In this document: positions 1 through 8,385 of the stretch, in pieces
How the letters are laid out: the number at the start of each line of letters is the position of its first letter
Position numbering within the stretch: the stretch's first letter is position 1
Assembly: GCA_041612115.1 (NCBI GenBank)
Contig: JBFJJU010000001.1
Coordinates: forward strand, 15,537 to 79,536
Direction of reading: 5' to 3'
DNA: 64,000 nt
Origin: Perlucidibaca sp.
Lineage (GTDB): Bacteria > Pseudomonadota > Gammaproteobacteria > Pseudomonadales > Moraxellaceae
Program-made: the position numbers and the translations under genes
Notes under the pieces: model-generated
The model's input: the letters and a program-made list of their open reading frames with translations, nothing else
Told to the model about the DNA's origin: nothing
Databases searched by the model: none

Positions 1-395
1 AAGCGCGACTAGTGGGCATAGAAAGTGAAATTACCACCGTGCAAGCCCGCCTACCTATGATCGTGCAGCACTACCGCGACAAACTCGCCGTCCGCCTCAG
101 CGAACTGCAAGACGCATTGGTGCCCGAACGTCTAGAGCAAGAACTGGTGCTGTTTGCGCAAAAGATAGATGTCGCCGAAGAGCTCGACCGCCTCACCGCG
201 CACGTCGCTGAAATTCGCCGTGTGCTCAATGGCGGCGGTGCTATCGGCCGCCGCCTAGACTTCCTGATGCAAGAGCTAAACCGCGAAGCCAACACGCTCG
301 GCAGCAAAGCCACCACCGCCGATAGCGCGTGGTCTAGCGTTGAATTGAAGGTGTTGGTTGAGCAGATGCGGGAGCAGGTTCAGAATATTGAGTAG
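1..395 (+). CDS. yicC: YicC/YloC family endoribonuclease, C-terminal part (5' end outside window)
   Basis: Motifs EELDRL, GRRLDFLMQELNREANTLGSK and terminal EQMREQVQNIE (DUF1732 region). Confidence 0.95.
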   Translation, partial: ARLVGIESEITTVQARLPMIVQHYRDKLAVRLSELQDALVPERLEQELVLFAQKIDVAEELDRLTAHVAEIRRVLNGGGAIGRRLDFLMQELNREANTLGSKATTADSAWSSVELKVLVEQMREQVQNIE

Positions 396-498
396 GGTTT
401 TAAATGTTCTAGGTTGAGTAGACGGGTCTCTCAAAGGCCAGAGGCTTAATGAGCTTGTTCTTTATTGTCGATAAGCAAAAATGACGGACGGCTCTTAG

Positions 499-960
499 TT
501 ACTGCTTACTAAATTGCACAGTTGGTAAAACGACCTTTGGCAAACGCAGTCGTTCGCATTGAGTACTCAGGAACTCGCGCCAATAAGGCCAAACATGGTA
601 GCTAGCATTTTTCAGTGCAAACTCATCTATCGCTGACTGCTCTAGTGCTGCTGTCATTTGGTATTCTGCAATAAAGTCTGCTTCAACAAAGGCTTTAATA
701 TCAGGACCGCTATTTTCCTTAGGACTCACCCAGCGTGCTCCCAAACGAATATAAATGCGTACCAATTGCCCATCGCTATCAATATCGATCAATTCACTTC
801 GAAGAACAACATGCATTTGTTGCACTAACAATGCTTCAAGCTCAGTGGATTTTGGGTCAAAGTCATCAGCACACTTGGCTTGGCACGCTTTAACGTATAC
901 ATCCTGTATCACTAAAGCATCAATAGCCTGTTGTAATGATTTTGATACTTTTTTAGCCAT
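499..960 (-). CDS. SecB-like chaperone of a toxin-antitoxin-chaperone system (MqsC-like)
   Basis: C-terminal FALKNASYHVWPYWREFLSTQCERLRLPKVVLP resembles the SecB signature (PY.RE.i...rg.P.l.LP); overlaps the antitoxin stop. Confidence 0.8.
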   Translation of the reverse strand: MAKKVSKSLQQAIDALVIQDVYVKACQAKCADDFDPKSTELEALLVQQMHVVLRSELIDIDSDGQLVRIYIRLGARWVSPKENSGPDIKAFVEADFIAEYQMTAALEQSAIDEFALKNASYHVWPYWREFLSTQCERLRLPKVVLPTVQFSKQ

Positions 961-1483
961 AACACGCCTCTAGTTCGAGTTCGTGCGATGCAACAATTCT
1001 CGTCTTTCGAGCGGTCGATGAGAAATCCACTACAGCTACATTTTTCCAGCTTGTCTGGATGTCACGCTCAACACCCGCATCCGACATCAACTTATCTAAC
1101 GCAGCTGGCACCTCTGCTGCTAGACGGAGAAGTTTGTCCATTGCGTCTGATTGCATCACATCGTCTGATTCGTACTTGGAGAACGCAACAGGACCACCAC
1201 CAAACACTTTTGCAGCGTCAGCCTGTTTTAAGCTCCAGCGTTTACGCAGCACTTGGAGTTCATTACCCGTTAACAAGCCTTGCACCTGCTTTTTAAACGC
1301 AATCATTGCACGCTTGTTAAAGCGCGCTTCAGCAGTGCCTGCCTGTTCACTGCCACAGCAATCACACACGGTATAGTGGCTTTCAATTTGACCTTGTTGA
1401 CCTAAATGCTCAACTGTAACTCTCTCAGTATGGAGAGTTAATTGGCCCATCTCACAAATTGGACAAGTTTGTCTATTCATCAC
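953..1483 (-). CDS. mqsA: MqsA-family antitoxin (Zn ribbon + HTH) with C-terminal extension
   Basis: CPICEMG...CDCCG zinc ligands; HTH LKQADAAKVFGGGPVAFSKYE matches MqsA; ~40-aa tail. Confidence 0.88.
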   Translation of the reverse strand: MMNRQTCPICEMGQLTLHTERVTVEHLGQQGQIESHYTVCDCCGSEQAGTAEARFNKRAMIAFKKQVQGLLTGNELQVLRKRWSLKQADAAKVFGGGPVAFSKYESDDVMQSDAMDKLLRLAAEVPAALDKLMSDAGVERDIQTSWKNVAVVDFSSTARKTRIVASHELELEACYG

Positions 1484-1489
1484 ATATCC

Positions 1490-1921
1490 TCAGCGCGACA
1501 AATGGCAAGACACCAGCAACAACAGCTTGCCCGTCTTGCCTATTGCAAATTTCACATAGTATTCATAGCGCATTTCTTTATGCGCATACTCCGCCCATTC
1601 ATCCTGAAATAAGCGGTAGCCATCGCAAGCGGCCCACGGCCCTGTTGGCTTTTGTACGCACCATTCAGAATTTCGATACTGGCCTTGAGTTACAGCTTGC
1701 TTAACAAGCCTTTGCACATCGCCTATCTCGTACGCCAACTGCTGAACATCACTTTTGCACTGGCGAGTCCACAAAATGGCAAAACTCTCGCCTGCATCTA
1801 GCAAGGCCAGTACGTCGTTTACTGGATACAGCGGCCCGCCAGAAATATAAACTTTGCCATTCCCCACTTCACTGGGAGGCGGTCCTTCATATGCACTAAC
1901 ATTGACCGCATTATTTACCAT
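1490..1921 (-). CDS. mqsR: MqsR-like (RelE-fold) ribonuclease toxin
   Basis: Directly upstream of mqsA; C-terminal DGY...YYVKF...LLLVSCH resembles the MqsR end. Confidence 0.7.
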   Translation of the reverse strand: MVNNAVNVSAYEGPPPSEVGNGKVYISGGPLYPVNDVLALLDAGESFAILWTRQCKSDVQQLAYEIGDVQRLVKQAVTQGQYRNSEWCVQKPTGPWAACDGYRLFQDEWAEYAHKEMRYEYYVKFAIGKTGKLLLLVSCHLSR

Positions 1922-1929
1922 AATGGTAA
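1915..1929. promoter_or_regulatory. Palindrome TTACCAT-A-ATGGTAA over the toxin start codon; candidate antitoxin operator
   Basis: Perfect 7-1-7 inverted repeat; similar in form to the E. coli MqsA operator TAACCT-N3-AGGTTA. Confidence 0.6.
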
Positions 1930-1960
1930 TTTAATCTAGTTAAAGCTGAGTTTTTAGCCT

Positions 1961-4519
1961 TCACACTATTGCCTCTTCGTACACTTTTTCAACATCAGCA
2001 AACTTAGTGACACTCTCTAGACGAGTTAAGGTTGTGAGTTTCATCGAGTTTTTTATTGGGCGATGTGGCACGTTGGCTAGCGGAGTTTGAAGCGTCAAAG
2101 GCCTGCCTAGCTCAAATAAATAATACAAATCAGCAGAGTCTGATTTTTTACCAGCTTGATCTTCGGTAATTGCGTAGCGTGGCAACACAACCACCCGTAT
2201 CACCGGCCAAAGTTTGTCAATTTGCTTGGTTGAGCTTTGGGTGTCTGAGGTAGACGCCAACGCTAAATAGCGAATTTCCTCGGCAATATGCTGCTTAAAT
2301 TTCTGCAAAAACGTACTTTGCGGCAAGTGATACCACTGCGCCGTACCTTGCTCAAACCCTTCAAAATAGCCATCATCGCGACCGCGCTGTCCACCCAACG
2401 CCACTGTCATAGTTAAATCTGGATACAGCACTTGTCGCATGCCGTAATACGGTATGCGTGCAGCGTCCTGTGCGTAGAGTCTTTCCGCCATGCCAGCCAC
2501 AGGATACGTGGCCTGATTGCCCTGGCTTGCTTGTGCGCTAGAGACTGCGCCAATTTGGGCTTGTAAAAACGCTAACAACCATTGATGGCCAGAATAGCTA
2601 CTTTGCTTATCACCACCATTTTGGCTAGGCAGCAAGGCAAAGGCACCTATGCCTATTTCGACGATTGCTTGAGCGTAAGGATTGGTGTCATTTAATTGGT
2701 CAAAAAAGCCGGGGTAAAGAGCAAAGGCACCAAATACAGGGCGACTTTTCTTCGCAGGCAGCTCGGCCTCTGAGCCTGATGATGACTCAGACAAATGAAT
2801 TAGTGCATCACGATAACGATGCATCTGGTTAATAGCATCGTCTGGTACGTAATCAGTACTTTCAATATCTTCGCTACGGTCATCAAAGCGGTTTTTATCG
2901 GTTTTAATGCGGTATTTGGCATCAAACAGCCAAATAAACTGCTTCTCTTCTACAGAGCCTAAGTCTGAGTTTGCGCTTTTAGGCAATGTCACTTCCAAAA
3001 CAATATCCGGCTCCTGGTTCACCAAGTAAGAACGGATTGGGTTTCCCTTTTTGGTAAATTTAGGCTCATGTGCCAGCCTAGCTGTCACGCCATCGCTACG
3101 CTTAAAACGAAAGGCACCAGCAAAACCATCTGTTAGCTGGTACTCAAAAAAGTCATTTTTGGCGAGCTTCGTCGCACCGTTTTCCACCAATTCAAAGCCA
3201 AGGTCATGCTCTAATATCTGTTTCAAGCATAAAAAGCACCACACTTCGTAAATCTCAGCCACCGACTTCATGGAAATGCTCGACTGATTGCCAAACACAT
3301 CTAAATAGAATTTGAGCTCTTGCCATATGCGATACACGGCGCTGTAACCTGTTTTCTGCTGCAACACGAGCGACTCACTACTCAGCCCACCATACGGGCC
3401 AACATCTTTTAAAAAGCTTTGGCTTAATACTTTTTTTAATGGTTGTTGCCAGCTGTGCAACTCGCTTAGAAAGGCATTGGATATACGCTGATCCTCTGGT
3501 GCTTTATTAGTCTCGCGCAACTTAGACTCGAACTCCGCCAGTTGTCGCTTGGACTTACTAGCCGCCATTTTAATAAAGCGGTTTTCTGGTGTATCAACAC
3601 TGAGTCGCTTCTTCTCTACTCGATAGCACTTATCATATTGCCCGTTCTGTAGATCTTGCCGCACTCTCTCACTTAACTTATTGGACAGCCTGCCTTTTAG
3701 CTTAGTTGCCTTTATATGAGCGATCGTAGGCTGTAAGCGACTATGTGGCGCTGCACATATAAGCTGTAAACCTTGCTCAAAGCGCTTACGCAGCTCGGCA
3801 AAGTTCGCCAACCACATGAGCTGAAAGCTGCCGCGATGCTTGCTTTGCTCTGCTTCCTGCTCCGTTTTCTCCACAAAACTAAATCGCCATAGTGGATATA
3901 CCGTATCAATTGCTCGATACATTGCCGGCAAATCTTGATGCAACGCCATTTTGGTCGGTAGTACTTCAAAAGAGATACTCTGCGTGTATGTTTTGCCCTC
4001 GACATCAAACGTAAGGGGCAGGCGCATCCATCCAACATCATTTCCGGTATTAATAGTGCCCGTTAGCCGTGCCGGCAATTGCCCTCGCAAACTAGCAAAA
4101 CGAAATGCATCACTGATTGATCTGCTTCGATGAGTCAAACAAGCATTTGTTACTGGCTGAAAAAACACCCACTCAAACTGATACTGCGTATTTTCAAAAA
4201 ATAATGGCAAGCCTACATTCAGCGTTGCTCGTTTTTCGGGGCTGTTTGAATCTGCGTGTAACTCACCATCACCGGCATCGAAGCTGCTCTCTTGCGCTAG
4301 AAGCTCATCCTTTATGATGCGTATATCAAGAAGCTGTGCTTCAGGAGAAAAACGTACCTCCATCCCTGGCTCAGCACTACTACCATTAAGAGCAATACGC
4401 TTTTTCAAGGTATCGTGATAAACCCGTGAACGAGCGCTAATGTCTTTCGTCCATACCGAAAACTCAAAATCGGGGGTTTGTAGTCTTAGCAATTCAGGCA
4501 TGTTCGCCCTCTGACACAC
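1961..4519 (-). CDS. mcrC: McrC-like protein: DUF2357 + PD-(D/E)XK nuclease + extra C-terminal domain
   Basis: DTPENRFIK, YEVWCF, EPDIVLE...LFDAKYRI, INQMHRYRDAL motifs; follows mcrB; true start may be the ATG at 4501-4503 region (MPELLRL). Confidence 0.85.
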   Translation of the reverse strand: MCQRANMPELLRLQTPDFEFSVWTKDISARSRVYHDTLKKRIALNGSSAEPGMEVRFSPEAQLLDIRIIKDELLAQESSFDAGDGELHADSNSPEKRATLNVGLPLFFENTQYQFEWVFFQPVTNACLTHRSRSISDAFRFASLRGQLPARLTGTINTGNDVGWMRLPLTFDVEGKTYTQSISFEVLPTKMALHQDLPAMYRAIDTVYPLWRFSFVEKTEQEAEQSKHRGSFQLMWLANFAELRKRFEQGLQLICAAPHSRLQPTIAHIKATKLKGRLSNKLSERVRQDLQNGQYDKCYRVEKKRLSVDTPENRFIKMAASKSKRQLAEFESKLRETNKAPEDQRISNAFLSELHSWQQPLKKVLSQSFLKDVGPYGGLSSESLVLQQKTGYSAVYRIWQELKFYLDVFGNQSSISMKSVAEIYEVWCFLCLKQILEHDLGFELVENGATKLAKNDFFEYQLTDGFAGAFRFKRSDGVTARLAHEPKFTKKGNPIRSYLVNQEPDIVLEVTLPKSANSDLGSVEEKQFIWLFDAKYRIKTDKNRFDDRSEDIESTDYVPDDAINQMHRYRDALIHLSESSSGSEAELPAKKSRPVFGAFALYPGFFDQLNDTNPYAQAIVEIGIGAFALLPSQNGGDKQSSYSGHQWLLAFLQAQIGAVSSAQASQGNQATYPVAGMAERLYAQDAARIPYYGMRQVLYPDLTMTVALGGQRGRDDGYFEGFEQGTAQWYHLPQSTFLQKFKQHIAEEIRYLALASTSDTQSSTKQIDKLWPVIRVVVLPRYAITEDQAGKKSDSADLYYLFELGRPLTLQTPLANVPHRPIKNSMKLTTLTRLESVTKFADVEKVYEEAIV

Positions 4520-4563
4520 CCACCCAAATTTTCAGCCAGCACTCCATGCACAAAGCCCTCACC

Positions 4564-6429
4564 TTACGGCCAAAAGCTTGTGAATGTGGCTACATCTAAA
4601 CGCCGTTGCATCCACGCTAGTTTGGCTTTTGAGCGACAGGGTATGCGTAAAACTCTTTCCTCGTCAGTTGCATCATTGGCCACGACTTTTTCTCGATATA
4701 AATCAGGACGCTGACTTGCTTCTGTACCTTCCTTCAACCAAATGGCTGCTAACTGACTCTCCAGAATCGTGGTTAGCTCAGCTAACAAGGCATTGCCATC
4801 TGAGGCGGTGAGTTTGTCGGTATCGCCCTCGATTCGCGGCAATACCTTACACATCATAAAGTCGTCCCACACAGCTTTTAGGGTCAAGTCATCTTGTGGT
4901 TGGCTACTGGCCACAGCGAGGAGCAGTTCATTGAGTGCACGAAACGCCAATTCAAACGGCGTATTTTTTAGCACTGTGTTGACGGCCGATAAAAACGCCA
5001 CGGTTTTAGTGCCATCTGCATCAAAAGTATCGGCTAAGTCTGTTTTGCTGGCGTTTGACCAAATAGGATAGCTAAGGCGCTTATTGCAGCTGGTTGAGGT
5101 GAAAAAGTCGTTATAGTCGTTAGGGAAAAACGCACCAAAATCAAAGCTCAGCGCTCGGTCAATCACCTTGCGTGAAAAGCCGTGAGTGGTTTCATCCATA
5201 TTCACGGTGCCCGCGACAATCAGGTTAAACGGAATACCTAAACCATATTGGCAAATGTCTGCCCACAGCTCATCGTATTGCGCACCAACAAAGCCTAGCG
5301 CTTCGCGTAGCTTTTCTTTATCAGCGACTTCTTTAATGGTGGCAGGTTTTAATAGCGCATCACTGCTGTAGGTAAAATCATCGCCCGTCCAACGCCATTC
5401 GCGGGTTTCAAGTACCGACAAATAATCGGCAAAATACTGCTCAACGGGCGCAAGGTTCATTTCATCCAAGCACAGCCAGTAAGGCAGTACCTGCTCAAGT
5501 ACATCGCGCTCGCCTGTTACTACCAGGCGCTTACCTAGCTCTTCACTACCTTGAACCTCAACGTTTAAGCCGCTATCAGCAATTGCGCGCCAGGCTTTGG
5601 CGATAAACTGCAATACATCGGTAGTGATGTATTCGGCTTTTCCGTCTTTTGCGAGGCGAGAAATATAACCAAGCAAATCGCTCGGCTCATGCCAGTCGGG
5701 GCGCACCGAGGTTAAGCAATAGGTTTCCGAAAGCTGCCCAGAGGTTTTTGCTTGTTCACGCACAAAACGGGTTTTACCTGTACCTGAGATGCCGGCTAGA
5801 AGGAGAAAGGGTTTGGATAAAAACTGTATGTCTTTAACACTCTGACTAGAACCGCCAGTAGCCTCTAAATTAATATCAGCATATATTTCTAATAACTCTG
5901 TTAGGTCTGAGACAAGAATACTTTCATTAGGAATGCTTTCTATAGAATAAAATTTTGCGCCAGCAGAAGCCCACTCATAGGACTTTCCTAGTGTTGTATT
6001 AGACCGCAAGTCAACCGTCTGATCCCAGGAGCCTAGTCGTTTATCCAATCCTCTTATTCTATTACGTAGCTCTTTTGCTTTCTTTTTTGCTAAGGCTGCT
6101 CCAAATTGCTTTTTAAGCTCTGTAGCTCCAAAGCCTAAAGATAAATAAACACCACTTCCATCTGAGCGGAACAAATAAACAGGGTAAATACCAGATTGCG
6201 TTGACGCTGTTATTTTTGGATTGAGAATTGACAACCACGGTACGTCAGCCCAATTCCCAGCTCCAGCACTTGCTTTTATTAGATATTGTGTTGGAGAAGG
6301 AAGCGTATTTTCAATAGCTAATATTAAATCTTGCCTTAGCAAACTAGCTATTGGATGACCAGTAAACTGCTCATTTTTAGCTTTTACCCAACCACCTGCT
6401 ATTTTTGTTAAAAGTTGCCTTAAGCTCAT
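4564..6429 (-). CDS. mcrB: McrB-family AAA+ GTPase with N-terminal DUF3578-like DNA-binding domain
   Basis: N-terminal SAGAGNWADVPWLSI...GIYPVYLF; Walker A GISGTGKT; Walker B LDEMNLA; GTVNMDETTHGFSRKVIDRA. Confidence 0.9.
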   Translation of the reverse strand: MSLRQLLTKIAGGWVKAKNEQFTGHPIASLLRQDLILAIENTLPSPTQYLIKASAGAGNWADVPWLSILNPKITASTQSGIYPVYLFRSDGSGVYLSLGFGATELKKQFGAALAKKKAKELRNRIRGLDKRLGSWDQTVDLRSNTTLGKSYEWASAGAKFYSIESIPNESILVSDLTELLEIYADINLEATGGSSQSVKDIQFLSKPFLLLAGISGTGKTRFVREQAKTSGQLSETYCLTSVRPDWHEPSDLLGYISRLAKDGKAEYITTDVLQFIAKAWRAIADSGLNVEVQGSEELGKRLVVTGERDVLEQVLPYWLCLDEMNLAPVEQYFADYLSVLETREWRWTGDDFTYSSDALLKPATIKEVADKEKLREALGFVGAQYDELWADICQYGLGIPFNLIVAGTVNMDETTHGFSRKVIDRALSFDFGAFFPNDYNDFFTSTSCNKRLSYPIWSNASKTDLADTFDADGTKTVAFLSAVNTVLKNTPFELAFRALNELLLAVASSQPQDDLTLKAVWDDFMMCKVLPRIEGDTDKLTASDGNALLAELTTILESQLAAIWLKEGTEASQRPDLYREKVVANDATDEERVLRIPCRSKAKLAWMQRRLDVATFTSFWP

Positions 6430-6651
6430 ATTTATTCCCTATACCAATACCAAGATCTCTTGGTATTCCAATTATATTTTTTCACATCCAAAGAATACTA
6501 ATATTACAATGCCCAAACCATCTAATGCCTTAAGTTTGCTCGAAACTTTTCCTCGCTAGATTTCCAGCGAGTGCGCAAGAATATTTTGCGTTTTAGCATG
6601 GCCTGCGTGTTAACCCGGACGATGATACGAGATTCTCGTCGGCCAAGCATC

Positions 6652-6709
6652 CACACTTTTATGCGCGTAAAAATGTAGAAATACACACTTCTATGCGCGC
6701 AAAAGTGTA
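6652..6709. repeat. Two 26-bp direct repeats (period 32), each an imperfect palindrome
   Basis: CACACTTTTATGCGCGTAAAAATGTA (6652-6677) and CACACTTCTATGCGCGCAAAAGTGTA (6684-6709), 23/26 identical. Confidence 0.85.
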
Positions 6710-6754
6710 AATTTAGTTAAGATATAGGCCGGCACTCCTCTTAATTGGCGAAAA

Positions 6755-8080
6755 ATGACTATGCAGCGCAACCTACTCAACGCCCTAATTGCGTGGAAAA
6801 ACCAATCTGCGCGCAAGCCGCTATTGATTGATGGCGCAAGGCAAACGGGAAAAACCTATCTGCTGCAAGAGTTGTTTGGTAACACCTTTGCCAACATCTT
6901 GCGTATCGACTTTCTTGAAAATCCCGCCTACAAAGAGGCGTTCGATGGCTCACTGTCACCTGATGAGCTACTGATGAGCATTGAGCTGTTGACCAACCAA
7001 GCGTTCAACCCAGAAACCGACTTGCTGATATTGGACGAAATAGGCGAATGTGAGCGTGCCGTTACCTCACTAAAGTATTTTGCCGAAAAAGCACCGTCCT
7101 ATTTTGTCGCAGCCAGCGGTTCGAACATTGGTTTGCTCAACACCTTCCCTGTGGGCAAGGTAGAACAATACAATTTACGACCACTGACCTTCCAAGAATT
7201 TATTTACGCATCAAACGAGCAAGCGCTGATCAAAGCATTTGATAGTCAAGCAAGCACACCGGCAGTGCACACTAAATTGATGGATAAACTAACAGACTAC
7301 TTTTTTACCGGTGGTATGCCGGAAGCCGTTTCTGCTTGGTATCAGTATAAGGACTCAAGCATTCTAGAGCGTGTTGAAAAAGTCACAAAAATTCATGCTG
7401 ATTTAGTTGAAGGTTATCGCCGCGATTTTGGTAAGTACGCGGGCAAGGTCGATGCCACACTAATTGAATCTGTGTTTAACAGTATTCCAGCCCAGCTATC
7501 ACTTGTGAGCGATGAATCCGTTAAACGCTTTAAATTTAAACATGTGCATGAGCGCAAATCGCGTTATAGCGATTTTGAAACCGCGATCCATTGGCTTAAC
7601 TGCTGCCGCTTAGCTTTGCCAAACTACCCTGTTGAAGGATTGCCAAAATCTCCGCTGGCGGCCTATAAAAAAGAAAATATGGTTAAACTGTTTCTGTTTG
7701 ATGTGGGCCTGCTCAATCATATGCTGGGCAGCAGTTATAAAGAGATTAAGCAACAAAGTTATGAGTACAAAGGCTACGTGGCTGAAAACTTTGTACAACA
7801 AGAGCTCACTGCTATTGGCGTTGACCCAAGCTACTCATGGAATGACGCCCGCGCCGAAATCGAATTTATTTTGGCAACCGATGAAGGCGATATCGTCCCT
7901 GTTGAAGTCAAAAGCGGCAAACGTACAAGAGCAAAGTCGTTGGCATCCTACGTTGAAAAATGTGCACCCAGTAAAACCTTTAAGTTAACTGGCACACAAG
8001 GCTCTTCAGCGTTAGAACAAACCAATATCGTGATGCCTTTGTATTTCACGCAATATTTACCTCAGAGATGGTCTATCTAA
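6755..8080 (+). CDS. AAA_14 ATPase with DUF4143 / C-terminal nuclease-like domain
   Basis: GARQTGKT, LILDEIG, TGGMPEAV, KLFLFDVGLL, EIEFI...PVEVKSG. Confidence 0.85.
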   Translation: MTMQRNLLNALIAWKNQSARKPLLIDGARQTGKTYLLQELFGNTFANILRIDFLENPAYKEAFDGSLSPDELLMSIELLTNQAFNPETDLLILDEIGECERAVTSLKYFAEKAPSYFVAASGSNIGLLNTFPVGKVEQYNLRPLTFQEFIYASNEQALIKAFDSQASTPAVHTKLMDKLTDYFFTGGMPEAVSAWYQYKDSSILERVEKVTKIHADLVEGYRRDFGKYAGKVDATLIESVFNSIPAQLSLVSDESVKRFKFKHVHERKSRYSDFETAIHWLNCCRLALPNYPVEGLPKSPLAAYKKENMVKLFLFDVGLLNHMLGSSYKEIKQQSYEYKGYVAENFVQQELTAIGVDPSYSWNDARAEIEFILATDEGDIVPVEVKSGKRTRAKSLASYVEKCAPSKTFKLTGTQGSSALEQTNIVMPLYFTQYLPQRWSI

Positions 8081-8323
8081 CGTAGCGGGATGCTTCGTAA
8101 GTGTGATAATTCATCTAGCGTGAAATCACTGAATTTTTTGCTACGACTCACCTTCAGCGACGCACTATCATCGGGGATATAAGGGATGGTTGAGACAAAG
8201 TCATACGCGGGCGCAATGGAGGCGGTGCGCTTGTCTTTGTAGATCACAATCTATATCGCGGAACGCAACAATGATTAGCAATGGTCTCACTCTCAATCTT
8301 GACGAGCACGTTATTAACAAGCC

Positions 8324-8360
8324 AAAAAAAGAACCATATCTCTGACGAAATATAGTCCTT
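8324..8360 (-). terminator. Intrinsic terminator after metY
   Basis: Minus-strand 13-bp stem with G-U pairs followed by a T run. Confidence 0.6.
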
Positions 8361-8385
8361 TTCTCAAAGCTAAAACTGCTTCAGC

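Larger units (their letters stand above)
396..8320. mobile_element. Defence island at the 3' end of yicC (no integrase seen; boundaries approximate)
   Basis: Starts right after the yicC stop; visibly more AT-rich than the core genes; holds only TA, restriction and ATPase genes; ends before the metY terminator. Confidence 0.6.

Noticed and set aside
6652-6709. Possible mini-CRISPR array
   Set aside because: Only two copies with a 6-bp gap and no cas genes; fits tandem operators better.
8075-8200. ATCTAAC at the ATPase stop as an integron attC inverse core
   Set aside because: No matching GTTRRRY end or stem found, and no integrase.
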